The notes: a model not told the origin generated them from the letters alone. A DNA stretch of 29,098 nt from an uncultured Eubacteriales bacterium (GCA_964419825.1 CAYQRS010000001.1:1-29098); one strand, 5' to 3'; numbered from the stretch's first letter, positions 7,319 to 16,592 are shown. Numbers and translations: made by a program.

Positions 7319-8776
7319 TTGGATTTGGAGAAGGAATTGAACGGAATCGAGCCGAACCCCGATGAGAACGAAGCGGCTCCGATGCCCGAAGAAACCGAAG
7401 CCGAAGTTGCACCTGCGACCGAGGAAGAAAACGAAAATGAAAATGAAAACGGCGAGAACGAGGTCGTTTTAACCGCCGAGGAGCTTGCAGGCATACCGAT
7501 CACTCCGCAGGATGATGAGGAAGAGCCTGAAGACGAAGCAGAGCTTTGTATTCTTTGCGAGGAGAAGCCTGCCGATAAAAGCTTTGGCGAGGATTACGAT
7601 TTGTGCGCCGATTGCCGCAAGAGGCTGATTAAAAGCCCGTTCCGCTTCAGCGGAATTTTGGCCTTGCTTGTTGTGATTTGTATCGGCGTTTTCAGCACGA
7701 TTTTGCTCACCGGCCAGACGGAAACGCTTGTTGCGGTTGTCGCAGGCGATGAGGCTTACGCTTCAAACAACCTGCTCACGGCAATGCAGAGCTATGCTCA
7801 GGCAGGCAACATCGGTTGGAAAACAGCCAAAAAGCTTGTCAAGGCTTATGACAAATCGGGCTATATGAGCGGAATTTCAAATGTTGTGGATGCGTTCTTC
7901 TACGATGCAACCGAGCTTGGCGAGGATGAGGCAATGACCTATTCCTTCAAGGCAGGCAAGGTCAACATCAATTCCCCTTGGAACAAGGATGTTAAAGCGA
8001 TCCGTGACGATTATGACAATGCGATGGAGGCATACGAAAAGTATTACGCTTTCATCTCCGAATACGACCAAAAGGTTTACTACGGCGAAATTTCCGTTGA
8101 CGAGATTCCTTATGACGAGGTAATCGGCAAAATCGATGCCGCCCTTGCCGAGGATAACACCAAGCACGGAATTGCTTTGGCAAACTACTGCAAGTATTAT
8201 ATCGCCGCAATGTGCGGTGAGGATCAGCAAGCTCAGCAGGAGTTCATCAGCACCGTTGAGGAGGCTGCACCCGAATACGAATGGCTCTATATCAACACGG
8301 CAACCGAGCTTGCAATCCGCAGCGGCAATTACGAAAAGGCTCAGGCATATTGCAAGCGTATTAACGAAATCAACGCCGAGGATGTTTACGGCACACATTA
8401 TCAGGCTGTAATCAAGCGCTATCAGGGCGATTGCAAGGGTGCGCTTGCGATTACAGAGGATTTGATTGACCACTATGAGGATAACGGCTTTGCACAGGCT
8501 TTCTATGAGGGCGCAATCGAAGCATTCATCCTCGGTGATTACGAAAAGGCAGAGGAATACGCAGGCGCTTGCTATGACGGTGCATACCTCAACGAGCAGA
8601 CAGCTAACCTCTATGCGCTCATCTGCAAGGTTACAGGCGATGAGGAGGGCTACAAGGGCGTAGTTGATATGCTCAAGGATTATGACCTCAAAATCAGCCC
8701 GACTGTTCAGGAATATGTTGACGGTAAGCTTACCGCAGAAGAGCTTTTCAACGAAAGAGAGGTGCCTTTTAAATGA
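7319..8776 (+). CDS. Membrane-anchored TPR-like protein with acidic N-terminus and CxxC-x15-CxxC motif
   Basis: 485 aa; E/D-rich first ~75 aa, CILC...CADC, one hydrophobic helix (GILALLVVICIGVFSTILL), then Tyr/Ala-rich helical repeats (YEKAQAYCKR, YEKAEEYAG). Confidence 0.7.
   Translation: MDLEKELNGIEPNPDENEAAPMPEETEAEVAPATEEENENENENGENEVVLTAEELAGIPITPQDDEEEPEDEAELCILCEEKPADKSFGEDYDLCADCRKRLIKSPFRFSGILALLVVICIGVFSTILLTGQTETLVAVVAGDEAYASNNLLTAMQSYAQAGNIGWKTAKKLVKAYDKSGYMSGISNVVDAFFYDATELGEDEAMTYSFKAGKVNINSPWNKDVKAIRDDYDNAMEAYEKYYAFISEYDQKVYYGEISVDEIPYDEVIGKIDAALAEDNTKHGIALANYCKYYIAAMCGEDQQAQQEFISTVEEAAPEYEWLYINTATELAIRSGNYEKAQAYCKRINEINAEDVYGTHYQAVIKRYQGDCKGALAITEDLIDHYEDNGFAQAFYEGAIEAFILGDYEKAEEYAGACYDGAYLNEQTANLYALICKVTGDEEGYKGVVDMLKDYDLKISPTVQEYVDGKLTAEELFNEREVPFK
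7427..7450 (+). repeat. In-frame hexamer tandem repeat (GAAAAY)4 encoding ENENENEN
   Basis: gaaaac gaaaat gaaaat gaaaac read directly. Confidence 0.7.
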
Positions 8777-9348
8777 GCCTGATTTATGTTTTGACTAAGA
8801 TTTTCACTTTCCCAGGTGCGCTCACCAAGGCACTTTTTGAGCAGATTATGTGCCGCATACTCAAATGTCCCGTTGAGGATAACCGCTATCTGCGTACTAA
8901 CGAGATGTGCGGTCACGTTGACCACGAGCTGATTGAGCGCCCTGTTGCAAGCTTTATGTATTGCTTCATTCCAGGTATGCTCAACTTTTTCCTTGGTATG
9001 ATGCTTGTGATTTTCCCTGCGATCAATGTCTTTGCGCTCGGCAATTACACGGGCTTCATCGCTTCAACAGGTCTTGCTTCTTATATCACAAACGCTTCCC
9101 TTGTCACATTCCTCGATACGCTTCTGCCGTTCGTTGTTCTGTGGCTTGCGGCTTCGATGTTCGTCAACATTTTCCCGCTTTATGAGGATGCGCTTGTTAT
9201 GAAGGAGCAATACGGTAAGCTCAACGCTTTCTGCAAAATCATCTTCTTCCCAGGCTATATTGTAATGCGTGTCGGCACAGTGCTTGAAAAGTACGGCATA
9301 ACATTCCTTTTCTGGCTCGCTGTCAGCATTTACGCAACAATCGCTTAA
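8773..9348 (+). CDS. Small multi-pass membrane protein resembling a degenerate zincin-like membrane peptidase
   Basis: 191 aa, about 4 hydrophobic segments, ATGA overlap with the upstream gene; FPG...C...GHVDHE pattern but no HExxH. Confidence 0.6.
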   Translation: MSLIYVLTKIFTFPGALTKALFEQIMCRILKCPVEDNRYLRTNEMCGHVDHELIERPVASFMYCFIPGMLNFFLGMMLVIFPAINVFALGNYTGFIASTGLASYITNASLVTFLDTLLPFVVLWLAASMFVNIFPLYEDALVMKEQYGKLNAFCKIIFFPGYIVMRVGTVLEKYGITFLFWLAVSIYATIA

Positions 9349-9351
9349 AGC

Positions 9352-9390
9352 AAAAAAATTGCCCTCCGCTCATTTCGGCGGAGGGCTTTT
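9352..9390. terminator. Bidirectional intrinsic terminator
   Basis: Stem GCCCTCCGC/GCGGAGGGC flanked by an A-run and a T-run, between convergent stops at 9348 and 9398. Confidence 0.88.
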
Positions 9391-9397
9391 GTTATGC

Positions 9398-11791
9398 TTA
9401 TTTCTTCTTTTTCTTTGCCGCTTTGAGGGCTTCAAGCTGTTCCTTTTCGGCTAATTTTTGCTTTGCCTGCTCATCGACCGCAGCTCTGTCGGCTTCCTCA
9501 GCCTGAGCCTTTGCGTGGTCGTAAAGGGCAAAAATTTCATCGAGATTGCTGTAGCTTTCTGCCTGAGCAATCAGCTTGACTGCGTTCAAATAAGGCTTTG
9601 CGGCACGGTTGAAGCGTGCGTGCTTATCCATTTCTGCCTTTGCATTTGCCTGAGCCGCTTTCTTTTCCTGCTGAGTGCGGCGGATTCTGATAATCAGCTC
9701 ACGCTTGGCATCGGCTTCGGTTTCGGCGTGCTTTTGCAGGTATAGCTTGCGGAGCTTTTCATCACATTCATCTTCCTCGGCAAAGCAGCCTTCCAGAGCC
9801 GCAAAATCGGGCTGAACAAAGCTTTCGGGGGTGGGGTAGTACTTCTTGATTGCCTTAATTGCCTCTTTCTTGCCGTGGGCAATTTCAATGGCAAAATGCC
9901 TGTATTCTCTTTCTGCCTCGGTTGCTTTCGGGAGCTTTCTTGCTTTAGCAAGCTCGGCGTTGATTTCGTCTGCATCAAGGTAATAAAGAGCCGCCAAGCC
10001 GCCCGAAACAAGCGCACGGCTTGCCTTTAGCTGGGATTGATAGAGCGGAGCGGAGAATTTATCAAGCTCTTGGCAAACAAGCTTTGAAATTTCGATTTCT
10101 TCGTTGAATTCAACAGCCTCTTTGTGGGCTTTTTTCGCAGCCTTACGCTCCTCCTTGTCCTTGATGGAGCGGTAGCTTCTGTCAACAGCCTTAGGCTCAA
10201 GGGCGGCTGTTTGCTTTGCGTGGTTGATGGTGTCGATGCCCTCAACCAAGCCACGGTTGTTGGTTATGCCGTTGTTGTGGTCCTCAAACATTGCACGGAT
10301 TTTCAGCACCCGAACGATGCTTCGCTGCTTGCGCTCGGTCAAATCGTAGAAGAAGTACGGAATGAGGTTGAGCGCCGCACCGATAGCGCCCATAAGCACG
10401 AGTGCTGTCAGAATCTTATATAAAAGTCCGGGCTCGCCTGTGTTTATGTCGAGAATATCGTAGGGGTTTTTGTAGCCGTTGTTTTCGTGTATGCCATATG
10501 ATTTGTAAACGAACGGCAGAACGCCCGAGGTGAAAAGCGTAACAATGTTGCCAATCGTCTGCACCGTTGCAAACATACCGTCAACACGCTCGCCCGTTTT
10601 GTATTGGTGGTAATCCCTGATGTCTGCTTGAATGGCAGGGGTTGTGATATGCTCGAAGGCGGTGAACAGCCAGTTCATATAAATGCAAATTGCAACCCAC
10701 CAAATGCTTTTGATGTTGATGAGCATTGCAAGAATACAGACGATGTTCATTGTGTTAACGCCGACAAGCGTTTTCTTTTTGCCGATTGCCTTGATGCAAA
10801 ACGGCGCAATAATCATGCCCCAAAGTGAGGCGTTGCTGACAACGGTGCGGATTATTCCGAGCGTGCCGCCCTCGCAAGCGTGACCGTAGGAGAACAGCCA
10901 ATCAAGAGCCGTTCCGTAAACGCCCTCAAGGAAGCCGAGCCAGCCTGCAAGGGCAATTATCCAAAAATACTTGTTCCTTGCAACCGCCTTGAAGGAGTCG
11001 ATGAAGCTGACCTGAATGATGTGGGTTTTTGCCTGCACGATTTTTTCCTTCGTGTTGGCGAAAACGATAACGGTCAGAGCCATGCCGATAATTGCGAAAA
11101 CAGGGTAGGAATAGCGATAAACTCGAATATCGTAAAGGTTGTTATCCGCAACAAGCTGTGCGATGATTGGCATAATCAGGCTGTAAATCGAGGGCGCAAG
11201 AGAATATACAACCGCTTTGATTGATAAAACATCGGTTCTCTCCTGCGTGTCGGGCGAAAGAACATGAACAAGGTTTGTGTAAGCATCGTTGAAGAAGTTG
11301 TAAAAGAACTGCAGCAGCAGGTTGAAAACGAGGATGACCGCACACATTGCGACATATCCGCCTGCTTTGCCGAAAATCGGCGAGGGGAAAATATCGTAAA
11401 GCTTATCGTAGGGGAACCAAACATAGAGAATGGAGATTATCGCCGTCGGCACGCCCATTGAAATGAGGAACGGGCGGTATTTGCCTGCCTTGTTGCGGCT
11501 GTTGTCAATCATCGTTGAACGCACCGCTGTGAGCGGAATGTTTGCCAAGGTCGAGATTATGTAAAGCACATACATATCCGTTGGCGAAACGCCGATTACG
11601 TTGCCGACGATTGCGTTGGTTGTGTTGACGATCAGGTTCATACCGAGCGTAATGATGAAATATGCGCCGATACCACCGCCTGCGTATGAGGCAATCTCCT
11701 TAAAAGTCATATATCGGCCCGGCGGCGGCATTTTCCAATAAGCCTTAACCTTGCCGAGAGTTTGTTCGATTTTGTTTCCCACGGTCAACAT
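9398..11791 (-). CDS. GPH/MelB-like MFS transporter with a long charged C-terminal extension
   Basis: 797 aa; about 12 TM segments in the first ~480 aa with DNSRNKAGKYRPF and ADIRDY..YKTGER.DG GPH motifs; the remaining ~310 aa are hydrophilic and K/E/A-rich. Confidence 0.85.
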   Translation of the reverse strand: MLTVGNKIEQTLGKVKAYWKMPPPGRYMTFKEIASYAGGGIGAYFIITLGMNLIVNTTNAIVGNVIGVSPTDMYVLYIISTLANIPLTAVRSTMIDNSRNKAGKYRPFLISMGVPTAIISILYVWFPYDKLYDIFPSPIFGKAGGYVAMCAVILVFNLLLQFFYNFFNDAYTNLVHVLSPDTQERTDVLSIKAVVYSLAPSIYSLIMPIIAQLVADNNLYDIRVYRYSYPVFAIIGMALTVIVFANTKEKIVQAKTHIIQVSFIDSFKAVARNKYFWIIALAGWLGFLEGVYGTALDWLFSYGHACEGGTLGIIRTVVSNASLWGMIIAPFCIKAIGKKKTLVGVNTMNIVCILAMLINIKSIWWVAICIYMNWLFTAFEHITTPAIQADIRDYHQYKTGERVDGMFATVQTIGNIVTLFTSGVLPFVYKSYGIHENNGYKNPYDILDINTGEPGLLYKILTALVLMGAIGAALNLIPYFFYDLTERKQRSIVRVLKIRAMFEDHNNGITNNRGLVEGIDTINHAKQTAALEPKAVDRSYRSIKDKEERKAAKKAHKEAVEFNEEIEISKLVCQELDKFSAPLYQSQLKASRALVSGGLAALYYLDADEINAELAKARKLPKATEAEREYRHFAIEIAHGKKEAIKAIKKYYPTPESFVQPDFAALEGCFAEEDECDEKLRKLYLQKHAETEADAKRELIIRIRRTQQEKKAAQANAKAEMDKHARFNRAAKPYLNAVKLIAQAESYSNLDEIFALYDHAKAQAEEADRAAVDEQAKQKLAEKEQLEALKAAKKKKK

Positions 11792-11821
11792 CGCACCTTT
11801 CCTGCGTTATCGCATAAAGTT

Positions 11822-11850
11822 ATTATATCAAATTCAGCAGAGGTTTTCAA
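11822..11850 (-). promoter_or_regulatory. sigma70 promoter of the MFS gene
   Basis: Minus strand TTGAAA (11850-11845), N17 ending in TGA, TATAAT (11827-11822). Confidence 0.75.
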
Positions 11851-11948
11851 TAAATTCCGCAATTATTTACAAAACTTATAAAGGCAATCTGTTTAATTTG
11901 TTTATGTTGCATAAGGGCTGAGGCGGCAATCAAAGCTGAGCGAACCCC

Positions 11949-11977
11949 TTTACGGCGGTGAGCTTTTGTGATAAAAT
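11949..11977 (+). promoter_or_regulatory. Probable sigma70 promoter of maf
   Basis: TTTACG, N17 ending in TGA, TAAAAT. Confidence 0.5.
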
Positions 11978-12023
11978 AATGATATTCTTGGTTTGAGAAA
12001 ATTTTAATCATCGGGTGAAATAA

Positions 12024-12587
12024 ATGTCAAATTTGGTTTTAGCCTCAGCCTCGCCACGCCGCAAGGAGCTTTTGTCGCTTGCAGGCTTCGATTTTGAGGT
12101 GATCGTTTCCAATGTTGAGGAGCTTATCGATTGGACTCTCAGCGCCGAAAAAATTGTCGAATCCCTTGCCGAGCAAAAGGCAAAGGCTGTTTCAAAGCAA
12201 AATCCTGCAAAAACTGTCATCGGCGCAGATACGGTCGTTGTGCTTGACGGCAAAATTCTCGGCAAGCCGAAAAGCAGAGAACAGGCAAAGCAGATGCTTG
12301 CCTCGCTTTCGGGCAGGAAGCATTGCGTTTATACAGGCGTTGCCGTCTGCGTTGGCGGCGAAACGGTCAAGTGCTTCAGCGAGCGCACGGCGGTTGAATT
12401 CTGGACACTCAGCGAGGAGGAAATCGATGCCTATGTCGCAACGGGCGAATGTGACGATAAGGCAGGCGCTTACGGTATTCAAGGCAAGGGCTGTACCCTC
12501 GTCAAGGGCATCGAGGGCGATTACTTCAACGTTGTTGGCTTCCCCGTTTCACGCTTCTGCCGTGAAATTGGTGAAATTGCTTATTGA
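12024..12587 (+). CDS. maf: Maf-family nucleoside triphosphate pyrophosphatase (dTTP/UTP type)
   Basis: 187 aa; LASASPRRKELL, IGADTVV, LGKP and DKAGAYGIQG. Confidence 0.95.
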   Translation: MSNLVLASASPRRKELLSLAGFDFEVIVSNVEELIDWTLSAEKIVESLAEQKAKAVSKQNPAKTVIGADTVVVLDGKILGKPKSREQAKQMLASLSGRKHCVYTGVAVCVGGETVKCFSERTAVEFWTLSEEEIDAYVATGECDDKAGAYGIQGKGCTLVKGIEGDYFNVVGFPVSRFCREIGEIAY

Positions 12588-12612
12588 CATTGATGTAAAT
12601 AATTATTATAAT
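12584..12612 (+). promoter_or_regulatory. Perfect consensus sigma70 promoter of the fur-znuA-znuC operon
   Basis: TTGACA (12584-12589, overlapping the maf stop), N17, TATAAT (12607-12612). Confidence 0.85.
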
Positions 12613-12617
12613 AAACT

Positions 12618-12654
12618 CTGCAAATTGAAATTGAGTTTCAGTTTCAATTTGCAG
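12618..12654. promoter_or_regulatory. Inverted repeat at the transcription start; probable Fur/Zur operator
   Basis: CTGCAAATTGAAA-N11-TTTCAATTTGCAG (perfect 13-bp arms) built from AAATTG and GTTTCA hexamer repeats, directly upstream of a Fur-family gene. Confidence 0.65.
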
Positions 12655-12678
12655 TTTTTTGTTTTTGAGGGTAATTTT

Positions 12679-13077
12679 ATGTCGAAATACAGCACAAAGC
12701 AGGGCGAGGCGCTCCTGCGATTTTTTGAGCAGAATTCAGACCGCCATTTCACTGCGGCGGAGCTTGAAGCAGGCTTGGCGAGCAGCGGCGCAAAGCTCGG
12801 CAAGGCAACGGTTTACCGCCATTTGGATAGCCTTGTTGAGCAGGGCAGAGTTCGCCGCTTCGTCAGCGATGACGGCAAAATCGCTTGCTACCAATTCTGC
12901 GGCGAGGGCTGTAAGGAGCATTATCACCTGAAATGCGGCAAATGCGGCGAGCTGATTCATGTTGAATGTGAACAGCTTGATGAAATGTGCCGCCATATAA
13001 TAGCTCACCACGGCTTTGAGGTGGAAAAAGAAAAAATAACCTTATGCGGAGTATGTGAAAAATGCAGAAATTCATAA
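12679..13077 (+). CDS. Fur-family metalloregulator (Zur-like by context)
   Basis: True start ATG 12679 after a GAGG RBS (the ORF track over-extends to 12112); 132 aa with H.TAAE, ATVYRHL, HYHLKCGKCG and C-terminal CEKC. Confidence 0.9.
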   Translation: MSKYSTKQGEALLRFFEQNSDRHFTAAELEAGLASSGAKLGKATVYRHLDSLVEQGRVRRFVSDDGKIACYQFCGEGCKEHYHLKCGKCGELIHVECEQLDEMCRHIIAHHGFEVEKEKITLCGVCEKCRNS

Positions 13078-13988
13078 AAATCATTGCGCTTTTTCTGTGC
13101 CTTGCCTGTGTGTTCGGGCTTGCGGCCTGCGGCGGCACGGAGGAGCAGGAGCAGAACGAATTGAATATTGTTTGCACGCTTTTCCCTTATTACGATTTTG
13201 CAAGGCAGATTGCGGCGGATAAGGCTGAGGTAACCCTCCTGCTCACGCCCGGAACGGACAGCCACAGCTATGATCCGAGCCCTGTTGATATGGTGAAAAT
13301 CAAGGAATGTGATTTGTTCATTTACACGGGCGATATTATGGAAAGCTGGGCAAGGAATGTTATCGGCGGCGTTGAAACGCTCGATGTGAGCGAGAACATC
13401 AAGCTTTCAGCCGTTCACCACGGCGAGCACGAGGTCGATACCGAGGAGCATAGCCATTCGGCTGACCCCCATATTTGGACCTCGCCTGTCAATGCCGTTG
13501 TAATCGTCGAAGCGATTGCGGCAAGGCTTGCCGCAATTGACCAAGAGAATGAGCAGACCTATTCCGACAACGCAAGGAAGCTGACAGAAAAGCTCAACTC
13601 GCTCGATGCCGAAATCCGTCAGACTGTTTCGGCGGCGAAGAACAAAACGATTGTGATGTGCGACCGCTTCGCTCTGCACTATTTCTGCGAGGAATACGGG
13701 CTTGATTATATTGCCGCCTTCGATTCCTGCACCAGCGAAACCGAGCCAAGCCCTGCGGTTATTGTCGAAATAACAAAGGCAGTTCAAGAGAATAAAATCC
13801 CCGCTGTTTTTTGTGCGGAGCTTTCCAATCGCAAGGTTGCGCTGGCAGTCGCAAAGCAGACGGGTGCAGAGGTTTTGGAGCTTCATTCGTGCCATAATCT
13901 TTCCGCTGAGGATTTTTCCGCAGGCGAAACCTATATCAGCCTTATGGAGCGCAACCTCAAAAATTTGAAAACAGCTTTGGGTGCATAA
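13062..13988 (+). CDS. znuA: Zn/Mn ABC transporter substrate-binding lipoprotein
   Basis: Lipobox LAAC; SHSYDP, His-rich loop HHGEHEVDTEEHSHS and DPHIWTSP. Confidence 0.9.
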   Translation: MQKFIKIIALFLCLACVFGLAACGGTEEQEQNELNIVCTLFPYYDFARQIAADKAEVTLLLTPGTDSHSYDPSPVDMVKIKECDLFIYTGDIMESWARNVIGGVETLDVSENIKLSAVHHGEHEVDTEEHSHSADPHIWTSPVNAVVIVEAIAARLAAIDQENEQTYSDNARKLTEKLNSLDAEIRQTVSAAKNKTIVMCDRFALHYFCEEYGLDYIAAFDSCTSETEPSPAVIVEITKAVQENKIPAVFCAELSNRKVALAVAKQTGAEVLELHSCHNLSAEDFSAGETYISLMERNLKNLKTALGA

Positions 13989-13989
13989 T

Positions 13990-14685
13990 ATGAATATAAT
14001 CGAAGTTAAAAATTTAACAATGAGCTATGAGCGTGTTCAGGTTTTGGAGAACATATCCTTTTCGCTCGGCAAGGGTGAATGGCTGAGCATTGTCGGCGAA
14101 AACGGCAGTGGCAAAACTACCCTGCTCAAAGGCATTGCAGGGCTGCTGCCGCTCAAATCGGGCAGCGTTGATTTCGGCGAAATCAGCCGCAAAAATATTG
14201 GCTATCTGCCGCAACAAACGGCAATACAGCGTGATTTTCCTGCTTGCGTGCATGAGGTTGTGGAATCGGGCTGTACGGGCAACGCAAGGCTTTTCGGCTT
14301 GCGCAGTGCCGCCGATAAAAAGCGTGCGAGCGATGCAATCAAGGAGCTTGGCATTGAGGGAATACATCACCGCCCTTATTGCGATTTGTCGGGCGGTCAG
14401 CAGCAGCGTGTTCTGCTCGCAAGGGCGCTTTGCGCAACGGAAAAGCTGCTTTTGCTCGATGAGCCCGTTACAGGTCTTGATCCAATCGTTTCGGCGGAAA
14501 TGTATGAATCGATTGCCTCCCTCAACAAAAAGCGAGGGGTTGCGATAATTATGGTCAGCCACGATATTGCAGGCGCAGTTAAATATTCCGACAAGATTTT
14601 GCACATCGGCAACGGTGTTGAGTTTTTCGGCTCGACAGAGGAATATCTCAAAAGCGATTTGGGCAAACGCTTTGCTTCAAAATGA
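13990..14685 (+). CDS. znuC: Metal ABC transporter ATP-binding protein
   Basis: GENGSGKT, YLPQ, LSGGQQQR, LLLDEP and VSHD; ATG 13990 preferred (the track starts at GTG 13981). Confidence 0.9.
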   Translation: MNIIEVKNLTMSYERVQVLENISFSLGKGEWLSIVGENGSGKTTLLKGIAGLLPLKSGSVDFGEISRKNIGYLPQQTAIQRDFPACVHEVVESGCTGNARLFGLRSAADKKRASDAIKELGIEGIHHRPYCDLSGGQQQRVLLARALCATEKLLLLDEPVTGLDPIVSAEMYESIASLNKKRGVAIIMVSHDIAGAVKYSDKILHIGNGVEFFGSTEEYLKSDLGKRFASK

Positions 14686-14726
14686 ACTTAAAACAGCCGA
14701 TATAATTGTATATAATATAATAAAAG

Positions 14727-14763
14727 AAGCTCCGAAACAGCGATGAACTGTTTTCGGAGCTTT
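14727..14763. terminator. Bidirectional intrinsic terminator
   Basis: AAGCTCCGAAACAG/CTGTTTTCGGAGCTT hairpin with one bulge, between convergent znuC and lipase genes. Confidence 0.8.
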
Positions 14764-14782
14764 GTGCTTTTTGTGTGGCTTA

Positions 14783-16579
14783 TCAGCCTGTGAAGCCTCT
14801 GTAGCCCAAGGTCTTGTTAAGGGCGGTGTTGATGCCCTTGAGGATTTTGCCGAGCACTTCGTTGCTCGAATCGTCCTTCGGAGCTTCTCTCAAGCCGAGT
14901 GCAACAAGTGCATCGGTGAGCTTTGCCTCGGCGGCTTCGTATTCGCCTGCAACAACAACCGTTGAAGCGAGCATTTTGTCGCAAGCTTCGATTGCTGAAT
15001 TGAGCATTTCACGCTCTGAGTCGGTGAGCGTTGTTTGGTCGATCGCCTTGGCATCCTTAAGCATACCCTTAATCAGCTTTTTGGTTTCTCTGCCAATGTT
15101 GAACTGTGGGAAATTCGGGTTTGAATAAACATCAGTCATTGCTTTGTCGGTCAGCAGAGCTGTCGATAATTTCATAATGACATCGTTTCTGCCCGTGCCC
15201 TCATGATCCTGACCGTAGAAGAAGAATGTCTGGTCGGGGAGGAGGCAGGTTGAAGCGTCAACCTCTCTGTCGGGCGAGATGTGGTTATGAGTGGGATCGG
15301 AGCAGTTGCTTGTGCCGAGCTTGTTTTTGTTCTTTTGAACATAGCTTTCGGGGTACTGCTCGCCGACAAGGCAGCTTTCAAGTCCCATACCTGTCGATTC
15401 GATTTGAATGATGCCGTCTGCATTGCAGGAGCTGAAGCTCGGAACAAGGCAGTAGAGCGGATAGCTGTAATCGACAACGTCAAAGACCTCAACGCCCATA
15501 TCCTTCATCTTTTGGATGTTTTTAAGGCTGTTGACCTGAGCCTCGTGATAGCGCAGAATTTGAGCCTGAACCTCGGTTTGAAGCTCGCTTGGGAACCATT
15601 TTGCGTATGCCTCGTCAAAATCCTCGCTCGGAACTAATGCCCACATATTTGTGCAGTTAACAAGCACATCGCCGACAAGCGAATTAACAATGCTGTCGAG
15701 GAATGAGCGGATAACCTTGCTGGGGAAAATGCGGATAAGTATGTTGATGAGGTTGCCTGTAACCTCGTCATCACAGAGGGTGGGGAAAAGGTAATCGTAA
15801 AGCATCTTATCCGAGGTGCTGAGCTTGCCTTTGAAAATATCGCCTACGATTTTACTGCCGTTGAGCGCAGGAACAATGTAGATAACTCTGTCAAGGCTCT
15901 GCATAACATCGGGATAATAATCAACCAAGCCGTTGGCGATTGTGCCGCCGAGGCTGATTGGGGTGAGGTTTACCTTATCGTGACCTGTTTCCTTTTTAAC
16001 CTGCTCGATGAATTCGTAAAGCTCTGCGCAGATTTCCGCATTGTTGCCGAACGAATTGTAAGCGAAGTAATAGAGGTGATCCTCGCCTGCGATTTGAGCG
16101 TAATCCTGCAGGGGAACATTGTCATAGATTTCCTCTTTTTCCTCTGCGGTGCAAAGTGCAACGCTCTGCGGATAACGCTTTGTGACGATGTTGTAGTTGT
16201 TCTTGCCGTTGTGGTCGAAGCTGTTCCATTTGAAAAGCTCCGCAACAACATCCTCTGCCGCATCGCAAAGTCCCATATCACGCTGGAAGAGCAGTGAGCT
16301 GAGGAGCGGAAGAACAAGCTTTTTGATTGCGTAATCGGTGTCCGTGTAAATCGGCCAGCCTGTAATCGGCTTGCCGTCAGCATCGTAGACCTGATTGCCG
16401 TTTTCATCTGCAAGGTAGGTTTGCGATTGGCCGATGCCGTGTACAACGATTGTCGGGGAATAATCGCAGCTGCCGCCGCAGGAGGTGAGAACACCTGTGC
16501 CTGCCGCACCCACGGTAGCGGGCACGGCAAGTGCGAGGACAAGCATAATTGAAATTACTTTAAAAAAGCGTTTTTTCAT
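14783..16579 (-). CDS. Secreted alpha/beta-hydrolase (lipase/acyltransferase-like)
   Basis: 598 aa; signal peptide; oxyanion VHGIG, nucleophile elbow PISLGG, ADGII (Asp) and QDHEG (His). Confidence 0.75.
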   Translation of the reverse strand: MKKRFFKVISIMLVLALAVPATVGAAGTGVLTSCGGSCDYSPTIVVHGIGQSQTYLADENGNQVYDADGKPITGWPIYTDTDYAIKKLVLPLLSSLLFQRDMGLCDAAEDVVAELFKWNSFDHNGKNNYNIVTKRYPQSVALCTAEEKEEIYDNVPLQDYAQIAGEDHLYYFAYNSFGNNAEICAELYEFIEQVKKETGHDKVNLTPISLGGTIANGLVDYYPDVMQSLDRVIYIVPALNGSKIVGDIFKGKLSTSDKMLYDYLFPTLCDDEVTGNLINILIRIFPSKVIRSFLDSIVNSLVGDVLVNCTNMWALVPSEDFDEAYAKWFPSELQTEVQAQILRYHEAQVNSLKNIQKMKDMGVEVFDVVDYSYPLYCLVPSFSSCNADGIIQIESTGMGLESCLVGEQYPESYVQKNKNKLGTSNCSDPTHNHISPDREVDASTCLLPDQTFFFYGQDHEGTGRNDVIMKLSTALLTDKAMTDVYSNPNFPQFNIGRETKKLIKGMLKDAKAIDQTTLTDSEREMLNSAIEACDKMLASTVVVAGEYEAAEAKLTDALVALGLREAPKDDSSNEVLGKILKGINTALNKTLGYRGFTG

Positions 16580-16592
16580 AATTCACAGCTCC

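Noticed and set aside
7877-8473. 198-aa minus-strand ORF
   Set aside because: Antisense shadow of the TPR gene with typical reverse-frame composition.
11860-12000. Possible ncRNA or riboswitch in the MFS-maf intergenic region
   Set aside because: Only a weak AAGGG/CCCTT pairing; the space is largely explained by two divergent promoters.
12112-12678. 321-aa ORF extending the Fur protein upstream
   Set aside because: The extension overlaps maf in another frame and runs through a consensus promoter; an RBS and ATG at 12679 give a normal 132-aa Fur protein.
14014-14604. 196-aa minus-strand ORF
   Set aside because: Classic antisense frame of an ABC ATPase gene.
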